A stretch of DNA of 64,000 nucleotides from Phycisphaerae bacterium (GTDB lineage Bacteria; Planctomycetota; Phycisphaerae; UBA1845; PWPN01). The stretch is taken from the NCBI GenBank assembly GCA_012729395.1, contig JAAYDF010000097.1:4487-68486 (forward strand), in the 5' to 3' direction. The stretch's first letter is position 1, and the number at the start of each line of letters is the position of its first letter. This document shows, piece by piece, positions 26,726 to 35,117 of this stretch. Position numbers and translations under genes: made by a program. The notes below the pieces were generated by a model, which saw only the letters and a program-made list of their open reading frames with translations, had not been told where the DNA came from and searched no databases.

Positions 26726-27255
26726 GGGCTCTTCTCCTCACGAGCCAAAGCCTTCACCAGCCACTCGGGCGGACGGACGGGCTTGCCCGCCGCGTTGGCT
26801 ATCGCGTGTACGGTATAGCCGCTTGCCACGGGTGATCCTTCCGCCTCATGGGAGACCGTGACATCGAAACGCACGCGGGCCCGGCCAATGAAGTCCGCGC
26901 TGGTGGCCACTGCCAGCAGGTCGTCGTAACGGGCTCGGCCCTGGTATTTCACATGCGACTCGACGATCGGCAGGAAGAAGCCGCGCTCCTCCATCTCGGC
27001 ATATGGTACCCCCCGGGTACGCAACCATTCCGTTCGGCCACACTCGAACCATTCCAGCACGCGCGAGTTGTAGAACGTACCCATCTGGTCCGTCTCGCTA
27101 TACCGCACCCGGACAGGTATTACCGTAAGCCGCTCTGGCGTATTGGCTGACAAGCTCTTCGTGCCCCCGGGGGACGAAACAAGCCCCGCACCTCTATCGC
27201 CGGCCGGGGCCTGTCTCGATCTTGTCCTTGTAGCCGAAACCGCCCGCCGGTTCAA
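26722..27255 (-). CDS. Hotdog-fold acyl-CoA thioesterase (YbgC/4HBT class)
   Basis: VRVRYSETDQMGTFYNSRVLEWFECGRTEWLR..G..Y.EMEERGFFLPIVESHVKY...ARYDDLL. The start is uncertain. The track start is TTG 27255, only 10 nt after the barrel gene's stop. The conserved domain begins ~45 aa later, so an internal TTG/GTG start is possible. Confidence 0.75.
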   Translation of the reverse strand: MNRRAVSATRTRSRQAPAGDRGAGLVSSPGGTKSLSANTPERLTVIPVRVRYSETDQMGTFYNSRVLEWFECGRTEWLRTRGVPYAEMEERGFFLPIVESHVKYQGRARYDDLLAVATSADFIGRARVRFDVTVSHEAEGSPVASGYTVHAIANAAGKPVRPPEWLVKALAREEKSP

Positions 27256-27265
27256 TCATCCGCTC

Positions 27266-28783
27266 TTACCACGTCCAGATCAACTCAGCACGCAGGAACG
27301 TGGCAAAATCGTTGTTGCTCTTGGCCCAATAGTCGCCCGGGCAGAAAAACTCCGCCCACAGATGCCCGGTCAGATGATTGGGGATCACGATGTACTTCAT
27401 GCTCCAGGTGAGCAGTTGGCCGCGGAATTTGCCCCCCCGACTGTAGGCGGCACGATCGCGATAGGTATTCTGGTCCGCGAACAACACGTGGTAATCGGTG
27501 GCCAGTTGAATGCGGGGATGCGGCTGGCAGCTCCATCCTGTGCCGATGCGGTGCAGGTTGCTCGAGTCGGCGAACCGGCCGGTCTCGCCGGCGTTGGTGT
27601 AGATGTACAGCTCGCTCCACCGCGGCCAACGTCCCCAGAGCATGTCGAAGGCCTCATTCGTGCCGCTTCCCGGCCGGTCACCCGAGAGGTATTCATACTC
27701 GAGCCGTAGCCAGTTCTTGTATTGGTCGTTGAAGTGGTAGGCGAGCTGGCTGTTGAAGCCCAGGGCCTCGTGGCGACTGTCGTTTTTGTGCCCGAATTGG
27801 TGGGCCAGCTCGGCTCGGGCTTTCCAATGCTCGTCAAAGGCATGCGCGGCACGCCCGCCGAACGTGTAGATATCGGCATCATCGCCTCGCTGAGGGGCGC
27901 TCGGCGCGTTCGCCGTGGTGTTCTTGTAGATGAAGTACCCGTCCAGCTCCGTGCGGGCGATCGACTCGTTGTGTATCCACAGCACCGCGCCCCGCTCATC
28001 CTGCTCGGTGATGTAACGTTGGGCGGGTAGGCCGGTGGACGTGTGGGTGTACCGGTCCTTGAGCATGGGGATCCAGCCCTTGCCCTCGGCGTCCTGGTCG
28101 ATGTAGATCAGGTCGATGCGGGTCTTCACGTCTTCGAGGTCCGCGGTCAGCCGAATGGCGTCAAAGCAGATGGTCCGGGAGCCGTCGAGTGGGCCGCCCT
28201 CGAACACCAACCAGCGGTCGCCCAGCGAGATCTCCTGCCGGCCGCCGGTGATGGTGATGGGCAGATCGAACGGCTTCTTGATCTTGAAGTTGAAGATGTC
28301 GAAGAGAACCTCGCCGCGATCGACCGTTTCGTAGGAATGCGGCTTGGCGTAGGTGTTGGCTTCCCACACGATCCGCATGTTGAAGTCGAGATGTTCGCTG
28401 GGCGAGATGGTGGTCCACCATCGTGGGCGATAGCGCTGGCGATGGATCTCGTGAGTGGGATCTTTCTTATCGAGGCGCACACCGTTGTTGATATAGAGAT
28501 CGCGAAGGCGCAGGTCGGCTCCCCAGGTCATCCAGGGCACAGGGTGTTTGGTGGCCTGTATCCAGGCCTCGACCGGGTCTTCGGCAGGCTGCGTGGCGGC
28601 GGCGGGGGGGGGAGCGGGCTCGACGGGCCCTGCCTGCTCAGCCGCGGGAGCCGAGGCGGGAGAGGCGTCGGTGGTCCCCGTTGGTTGCGTGCTCTGGGCA
28701 ACGGCCCATGCCGGGAAGATCGCCACCATGCTGATTGCCAGGAACATCCAAGAATGCCGGAACCGCTGCGATGAAACTGCCAT
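27266..28783 (-). CDS. Outer-membrane beta-barrel, alginate-export (AlgE-like) family porin
   Basis: 505-aa ORF with GAGGAG SD and signal peptide MFLAISMVAIFPAWAVAQ. Family-like block ITGGRQEISLGDRWLVFEGGPLDGSRTICFDAIRL. Alternating beta-strand pattern, with aromatic C-terminus ...AELIWTW. Confidence 0.65.
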   Translation of the reverse strand: MAVSSQRFRHSWMFLAISMVAIFPAWAVAQSTQPTGTTDASPASAPAAEQAGPVEPAPPPAAATQPAEDPVEAWIQATKHPVPWMTWGADLRLRDLYINNGVRLDKKDPTHEIHRQRYRPRWWTTISPSEHLDFNMRIVWEANTYAKPHSYETVDRGEVLFDIFNFKIKKPFDLPITITGGRQEISLGDRWLVFEGGPLDGSRTICFDAIRLTADLEDVKTRIDLIYIDQDAEGKGWIPMLKDRYTHTSTGLPAQRYITEQDERGAVLWIHNESIARTELDGYFIYKNTTANAPSAPQRGDDADIYTFGGRAAHAFDEHWKARAELAHQFGHKNDSRHEALGFNSQLAYHFNDQYKNWLRLEYEYLSGDRPGSGTNEAFDMLWGRWPRWSELYIYTNAGETGRFADSSNLHRIGTGWSCQPHPRIQLATDYHVLFADQNTYRDRAAYSRGGKFRGQLLTWSMKYIVIPNHLTGHLWAEFFCPGDYWAKSNNDFATFLRAELIWTW

Positions 28784-28839
28784 ATCGTCTCCTCTCTGTT
28801 GTCGGGGCTTTTAGATCCTACATAGGCTGCATCGTCTGT

Positions 28840-30720
28840 TCATGAACCGAAGCATTTGTACAGGTGGCTTTTCGCCGGTGGGCGAGTCGCCAGGGAAACG
28901 ACGATTGCCACGAGGGCGGAAAGCGGCAGGGCGATGAGAATGGGTTCGACCACCGGCCAGTTGGGGTAATCCGCGAGCAGGCTCGACTTGCCTCCGGTGA
29001 GCTTGGGTACCAGCCCGATCGCACCCGCTTCGCTGGCTTTCACGAAGACCACCCAGAAGGTTGAGACTGCGGACCCCGTGATCATCGAGGCGATCGCTCC
29101 CGCCTTGGTGATCCGCTTCCAGAACAAACCGCCGACCAGACTCGGCAGGAACGCCGCAGCGCAAAGCCCGAAGAAGATGGCCGTCGCACGGGCGATGATG
29201 TATCCGCCGCGAGCGTAGTAGGCGAAGATCACCGCGATGATGATCCCGAAGATCATGCCCACGCGCACCACATGGGTGCCCTGTTGCGAGGAGGCCCCTT
29301 CGCGCAAGGGCACAATCTGGGCGTAGACGTCGCGTCCGATGGCCGTTCCCACCGTGTGAAACTGGCTCGATATCGTACTCATCGCCGCCGCCAGAAGCGT
29401 CAGCAAGAAGACGATCCCGAACCAGCGAGGCATCGCACTGGTGACGAACGTTGGAATGATGCTGTCAGGATTGAGCATCCAAGCGTCGCCCTTGCGCACC
29501 AGGGCACGGGTGAAGCTTGTGGCCCGGGGGCGGATCTCCACTCGGCCGTCCGGCAGTTCGGTCACCTCGGCCGCGGGCATCAACTTGGCATGATTGCCGA
29601 GCCCAGCCGCGATCAGGTTGATGTCCACCTCCCCGTCGCCGTTGCGATCGACGTGCAGCAGCCGACAGGAGAGTCGCGTCTCGGCGTCCCGTTCCTTCTT
29701 GACGATGACCTCTGCCTGTTCGGTGACACTGGCAATACGACCGACGATCCGCTCGTGCTGGTAGAAGTAGGCGTTGCTGAGAGCGCCCACCGTGAACGCC
29801 ACCCCGGTCATCATCAGAATGAAGAACCCGCCGGTGGGCACCGCACGGTTCAACTCCCGCTTGCTTTTGACGGTCATGAACCGCACCACGAGCTGTGGCT
29901 GCGCGAGCACGCCAATCCCCACCCCCAGAACCATGGTGCTGACCACGATCCACCAGAGGTTGTACTTGGTTTCGCCCCATCCAAACTCCGGCATCGACGT
30001 CCATCCGCGATGCCCCATGCCTCTGAATCCCGCGAACACTTGGCTGCCCATCTCGGTCAGCTCGGTGTGGCCGCGGACTACTCCGCCCAGTGAGACATAG
30101 GTGCCGATCAGCAACGTGGCCATGCCCAGGAACATGATCGTGCCCTGCAGGGCGTCGGTGTACATGACTCCTTTGAGTCCGCCGGCCAATACGTAGACGG
30201 CCACGATCGCGCTGAGAACCAGCAGGGCGACGTTGTAGTCGATGCGGAAGGCCGCGGTGATGAACTCCGTCCCGCCGATGATCACCGCCGCCGCATAGAC
30301 CGGCATGAATACGAAGATGATCAGGCCGGCGAAGACCTGGATGAATCGGCTATTGAACCGGCGACCGAGCAGTTCCGGAAAGGTGTGGGCGTCAAGGCGG
30401 TGTCCCATACGCCGGGTAGGGTTCCCAAGCACGACCATCGCGATGAAGATGCCCGCGAAGATGTTTAGAAACGTCAACCACAACAGGCCCATTCCAAAAA
30501 GCCCGGCCACACCGCCGAAGCCCACCACCGCGCTGGTCGAGATGAACGTCGCGCCGTAGCTCATGGCCATGACGAAGGGATGGGCTTTGCGACCCGCGAT
30601 CATGTAGTCCGTGGCGGTGTGGGTGTGGCGATATCCCAGCCAGCCCAGATAGCCAACGACCGCCAAGTAGGCCACCACCAGAATGATTTCGAGCGGTCCG
30701 AGAGTTTGTGCCAGTATCAT
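28840..30720 (-). CDS. Sodium:solute symporter (SSS) family transporter, copy 1, with a ~100-aa hydrophilic insertion
   Basis: 626-aa polytopic ORF. SSS N-terminal pattern DYMIAGRK...SYGATFISTSAVVGFGG. Paralog of 31021-32922. The insert spans about aa 321-420 (nt ~29461-29760). Confidence 0.85.
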   Translation of the reverse strand: MILAQTLGPLEIILVVAYLAVVGYLGWLGYRHTHTATDYMIAGRKAHPFVMAMSYGATFISTSAVVGFGGVAGLFGMGLLWLTFLNIFAGIFIAMVVLGNPTRRMGHRLDAHTFPELLGRRFNSRFIQVFAGLIIFVFMPVYAAAVIIGGTEFITAAFRIDYNVALLVLSAIVAVYVLAGGLKGVMYTDALQGTIMFLGMATLLIGTYVSLGGVVRGHTELTEMGSQVFAGFRGMGHRGWTSMPEFGWGETKYNLWWIVVSTMVLGVGIGVLAQPQLVVRFMTVKSKRELNRAVPTGGFFILMMTGVAFTVGALSNAYFYQHERIVGRIASVTEQAEVIVKKERDAETRLSCRLLHVDRNGDGEVDINLIAAGLGNHAKLMPAAEVTELPDGRVEIRPRATSFTRALVRKGDAWMLNPDSIIPTFVTSAMPRWFGIVFLLTLLAAAMSTISSQFHTVGTAIGRDVYAQIVPLREGASSQQGTHVVRVGMIFGIIIAVIFAYYARGGYIIARATAIFFGLCAAAFLPSLVGGLFWKRITKAGAIASMITGSAVSTFWVVFVKASEAGAIGLVPKLTGGKSSLLADYPNWPVVEPILIALPLSALVAIVVSLATRPPAKSHLYKCFGS

Positions 30721-30844
30721 GGTTGCCTCGTTGTTTGAAGTGCCTTGTGGGTCTGCATCGCGCGTCCTCCGTCTCTAGGGACAACCTCGCAGGCGGCGAC
30801 ACACGAACGTCAGGCGAACCTGTGGTGAAGAGCCTTCGGGCTCG

Positions 30845-31015
30845 TCAGGTTTCTTCCTCCACTTTTCTCTCCTCCGCGATCCACTGGAAGTCCTCGGCCT
30901 GAACCGTGTCGTCGCCCCGGTTCCAGTTGATCGCGCCGTAGATGATGCACAGTATCGTGCTCGCCACGGACAGCAGATAGGCCATCCACACGCATGGATC
31001 CTCGATTCCGAACAT
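30845..31015 (-). CDS. 56-aa single-TM peptide, probable symporter small accessory subunit
   Basis: ATG 31015 lies 5 nt downstream of the upstream symporter's stop. Sequence MFGIEDPCVWMAYLLSVASTILCIIYGAINWNRGDDTVQAEDFQWIAEERKVEEET has one TM helix and an acidic tail. It forms the tail of the spurious 280-aa track ORF 30845..31687. Confidence 0.6.
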   Translation of the reverse strand: MFGIEDPCVWMAYLLSVASTILCIIYGAINWNRGDDTVQAEDFQWIAEERKVEEET

Positions 31016-31020
31016 ATCGC

Positions 31021-32922
31021 TTACTCCTGTTTTGAAGCCTTGCCGCCGGCGCCGAAGCACCGGTCGAGGTGCTCGGGTCGGGCCGGCCGGGTCATCAGAC
31101 TCACCACCACCGCCGTCAACAAAGACAGCGGTAACGCCACCAGGATGGGGTCGACCACGGGCCAGTTGGGATGGTCGGCCAGCAGACTCGTCTTGCCGCC
31201 GGTGACTTGCTGTACCACTCCGAGGGCCGTCGCCTCTTTCGCGAAGATGAAGGTCAGCCAGAACGTCGAGGCCACGAAGCCGACGATCATCGAAGCGATG
31301 GCCCCCGCGCGGGTCATCCATCGCGTGAACAGTCCGCCGAGGTAAGCCGGTAGGAAGGACGACGCGCACAGCCCGAAGAAGATCGCCGTTGCCCGAGCCA
31401 CGATGTACCCGCCGCGGGCGTAATACCCGATGATCATCGCCAGGACGATGCCCACCACCGTGCCGATCCGCGCTACCAGCACGCCGCTCGACGTGCTTCG
31501 GTCCGTCAGCCTGGGTACGAACTGCCCGAGGACATCGCGACAGATGCTCGCCCCGAGGGTGTGAAACTGGCTGGACAGCGTACTCATCGCCGCTGCCAGC
31601 AACGTCAGCAGAAACACCAGACCGAACCATCGCGGCAGGCAACTGGCTACGTAGATCGGTATGATGCTGTCGGTGTTGAACATCCAACGGTCGTTCTGCT
31701 TGACCACCGCCCGCGTGAAGCTCGTCGCCCGCGGATATACCTCGACGCGACCGTCGTCGAGCGTGCGGATCTCCGCGCGTGGCATGATTCCCGCCGCCTT
31801 GCCCACGCCCTCGGCGACCAGCGTGGTGTCAATCCGCCCCTCGCCTCGTGTGTCCAGATGCAGCAGCTTGCACGGGATCGTCTTCTCGACGCTCCGGTCC
31901 TTGCGGACCACCACCTCCGCCACCTCTGTGACTTCCACCAGTCTCCCGATCACCTTCTCGTAGCGATGAAAGTAGAGATTGCTTATCGCCCCAACCGTAT
32001 AGGCCACGCCCACCATCGCCAGAATGAAGATCGCCCCGACCGGTACCGCCCGATTGAGCTCTCGACCTGAGCGGACGGTCATGAATCGCACCGCCAACTG
32101 CGGCTGAGCCAGCACGCCGATGCCAACCCCCAGCGTGATCGTGCTCACCACCAGCCACCACAGATCGTATTTGCTGTCCCCCCAGCCAAACTGCGGCATC
32201 GCGGTCCAGCCCCCATGCCCCATCGCTTGAAAACCGGGGAAGGCTTGGTCGGCCATGGCGGTCAGGTCTCGATGCCCGTCAATCACCCCGCCCACCTTCG
32301 CGTATGTCCAGACCAACAGGAACACCATGCCCACGAACATGATGAGGCCCTGCAGCACGTCGGTGTACATGACTCCCTTGAGTCCCCCGAACACCACGTA
32401 CATGGCGACAATCACGCAGAAGCCCACCAGGGCGACCGAGTAGTCCACGTTAACCTGAGTGACGATGAACTCCGTGCCGCCGATAAGCACCGCCGCCGCG
32501 TACACGGGCATGAACAAGAAGATGACCAGCCCGGCAGCCACCTGCACGAAGCGGCTCTCGTACCGACGCCCAAGGAACTCGGGGAAGGTGTGAGCATCCA
32601 ACGCATGTCCCATGCGACGGGTACGGCCACCCAGAAACACGAACGCGATGAAGATCCCCACCAGGATGTTCATGAAGACCAACCACAGCAGGCTCATGCC
32701 GAACATCCCAGCCACTCCGCCGAATCCGACGATGGCGCTTGTCGAGATGAACGTCGCACCATAGCTGATGGCCATGACGAAAGGATGCGTACGCCGCCCA
32801 GCAATCAGGTAATCGGTTGTCGTACGGGTACGGCGATAGCCGAGCCAACCCAGGTACCCGACCGCCGCCATGTATGCGATGACTAAGCCGCCTTCCAATA
32901 GGCCCACGCCTTGTGCGATCAA
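31021..32922 (-). CDS. Sodium:solute symporter (SSS) family transporter, copy 2, with a ~100-aa hydrophilic insertion
   Basis: 633-aa ORF with TTG start at 32922, preceded by AGGAGAG. Collinear with copy 1 (DYLIAGRR...SYGATFISTSAIVGFGG). The insert spans about nt 31666-31965. Confidence 0.85.
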   Translation of the reverse strand: MIAQGVGLLEGGLVIAYMAAVGYLGWLGYRRTRTTTDYLIAGRRTHPFVMAISYGATFISTSAIVGFGGVAGMFGMSLLWLVFMNILVGIFIAFVFLGGRTRRMGHALDAHTFPEFLGRRYESRFVQVAAGLVIFLFMPVYAAAVLIGGTEFIVTQVNVDYSVALVGFCVIVAMYVVFGGLKGVMYTDVLQGLIMFVGMVFLLVWTYAKVGGVIDGHRDLTAMADQAFPGFQAMGHGGWTAMPQFGWGDSKYDLWWLVVSTITLGVGIGVLAQPQLAVRFMTVRSGRELNRAVPVGAIFILAMVGVAYTVGAISNLYFHRYEKVIGRLVEVTEVAEVVVRKDRSVEKTIPCKLLHLDTRGEGRIDTTLVAEGVGKAAGIMPRAEIRTLDDGRVEVYPRATSFTRAVVKQNDRWMFNTDSIIPIYVASCLPRWFGLVFLLTLLAAAMSTLSSQFHTLGASICRDVLGQFVPRLTDRSTSSGVLVARIGTVVGIVLAMIIGYYARGGYIVARATAIFFGLCASSFLPAYLGGLFTRWMTRAGAIASMIVGFVASTFWLTFIFAKEATALGVVQQVTGGKTSLLADHPNWPVVDPILVALPLSLLTAVVVSLMTRPARPEHLDRCFGAGGKASKQE

Positions 32923-33661
32923 GGATTGCTCTCCTGTGTTTGGCGCAACATCCCCCGAGCAATGTGTTCCTTGGTTTGCCGCGAGGCTTTCGTGTCCGCA
33001 GAATCAAGCCGAGAGGCCCATCAACGGTGCACGCCAAAGGCCGGCGGCCACAGGATGTCATCACGCCCGTCTTGTGTTATGCCTGCAATATGGTCCGACC
33101 ACATGAACACCCATGAAGCACCGGCGCACAAAAGGCGGGTACTCTGTTCATGTTCCACGTCGCGTTGGGCCCTTCCAGACCCAGCCCCGGAATCCGCGAT
33201 TGGCTTGAAGACCGTGGGTTGCCATGCGCTCGTGCGCAAGCCCCCTCATCAGTGACGATGGCTTCCCATGGGGCGTCCTTATAACCGGACCCCCGACGTT
33301 TGGGAAGGGGCAATTACCCCACGACCAGCCGTCGAGCGTCGATTCTCGCGGGCCGAGCAGCTGGCCGGCTGCCAAGATAGGCTATCCAGTAGCAGCACAT
33401 TAAAGTCTTGGCGCATCGCGGCCACCGAGTTCAGAGCCTGCGCCCTGTCCGATGCTTGAGCAAGCTGACGCCCCTTTCTATCATGGCCCTGTCCGGCGTC
33501 CGAAGCGGGCAGCTTGGGGACGGGGGCGTTGGCATGTGTCCAAGCCCGTCGCCTTAGCGTATGGAAATCCTTCCGCCGTCCCGCAGCCTGAGGGAGCGAG
33601 GCCCATCGGATACCGGCCGCCGAGAAGCCGGGTTGTACACACAACTGATGGAGAGGATCCC

Positions 33662-34663
33662 ATGAACCTACACACGCAAACTGATGGATTCAACGACCTT
33701 CGAGACGATCATGCTGCTCTCAGGCACTCCAGCACGCGGCCGCTGGCTCGCGTGGTCTGGAGTGTGATGTTCGCGGTAGTGCTGCTGGTCACCTTCGCGG
33801 GGGCGGGCTTGGCTGAGGAACCTCGCGTTGAGCCGCTCTGGCCGGCCGGGGCGCCGGGGGCGATCGGTGACGAGCCCGCGGACAAACCCACATTGACCAT
33901 CTACCTCCCGCCGGCCGACAAGGCCACCGGCGCCGCGGTGGTTATTTGCCCGGGAGGCGGATACGGCGGCTTGGCCATCGATCACGAGGGCGTCGAGGTC
34001 GCTCGCTGGCTGAACTCGATCGGTGTGGCAGGGTTCATCCTGCGTTACCGCCATGCCCCGCGCTATCGACACCCGGCTCCTCTTCAGGATGCGCTGCGGG
34101 CCATTCGTACCGTTCGCGCCCGGGCGAGCGAGTTTGGCGTGCAGGGATCCAAGATCGGCATCCTCGGCTTCTCGGCAGGGGGGCACCTGGCTTCGTCCGC
34201 CGCCACCCTGTTCGAGGATGCCAATCCTGCCGCCGAAGACCCCATCATGCGGGTTGGAAGTCGGCCGGATTTCGCGGTGCTGATTTATCCGGTTATCAGC
34301 TTCGCAGAGCCTTGCCGCCACTCTGGTTCGCTGCGCAACCTCCTCGGTCCGGAGCCCGACCCCGCGCTCATCGAGTTGCTGTCTACCGATCGACAGGTGA
34401 CGACGCGGACTCCGCCCACCTTCCTCGTGCACACGACCGCCGATGGTGGTGTGCCTGCCGAAAACAGCATTCTGTTCTACATGGCCTTGTTCCGGCTGAA
34501 GGTGCCTGCCGAGATGCACATCTACGAAGCCGGGCCGCACGGATTCGGCCTCGGCAGCAAGGAAAAGGGCGGCAACCCCATGGTTGCCACCTGGCCCAAA
34601 GCCTGTGCCGCATGGCTCGCCCACCGCGGTATCCTGCCGGCAGCCCCGGCCGCCAATCCGTGA
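33662..34663 (+). CDS. Secreted alpha/beta-hydrolase (esterase/lipase, BD-FAE / fold-3 type)
   Basis: Start ATG 33662 (GGAGAGG SD). VVICPGGGYGGLAIDHEG (oxyanion region) and nucleophile elbow GILGFSAGGHLAS. The C-terminal His region is EAGPHGFGL. The track ORF start at 33452 is an upstream extension. Confidence 0.8.
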   Translation: MNLHTQTDGFNDLRDDHAALRHSSTRPLARVVWSVMFAVVLLVTFAGAGLAEEPRVEPLWPAGAPGAIGDEPADKPTLTIYLPPADKATGAAVVICPGGGYGGLAIDHEGVEVARWLNSIGVAGFILRYRHAPRYRHPAPLQDALRAIRTVRARASEFGVQGSKIGILGFSAGGHLASSAATLFEDANPAAEDPIMRVGSRPDFAVLIYPVISFAEPCRHSGSLRNLLGPEPDPALIELLSTDRQVTTRTPPTFLVHTTADGGVPAENSILFYMALFRLKVPAEMHIYEAGPHGFGLGSKEKGGNPMVATWPKACAAWLAHRGILPAAPAANP

Positions 34664-34837
34664 TCGGACGCGCCGCGATGAGTACGCATCCAGATGCGCG
34701 GCCGCGATGCAGATCCGACTTGTGGCGTGTGTTGCGGTAGGCGTCGTGTCCGGAAACAGCCCGTCCCGCGAGGCCCCATCCGACGGGAACTCCCTGGACA
34801 GTGCGGAATCGCGCTGCGGCTCTGAGAATCTTGCGAC

Positions 34838-34910
<73 letters not shown>

Positions 34911-35117
34911 AGGGTTTCATATCTCGTGGCCGACCCCTGAAGCCTGGCTCAAGTCGGCCAAAGCTCCGGGACTGGCTACTGCGCACTAGCCTAACGCGGC
35001 AACGCGGGGTTGGCAAGAGCGGCCGATCACGAACAAGAACGCTCGCCGGCCCGCTGCTTTGAGGCTCTGTTGTCTGTGCGATCCGGGCCTTGTTCGCTCA
35101 CTCGTGACCGTTGGGCG

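Noticed and set aside
30845-31687. 280-aa minus-strand track ORF overlapping the 3' part of symporter-2
   Set aside because: Most of it is an out-of-frame overlap with the symporter gene. Only the last 56 codons, from ATG 31015, form a plausible independent TM peptide.
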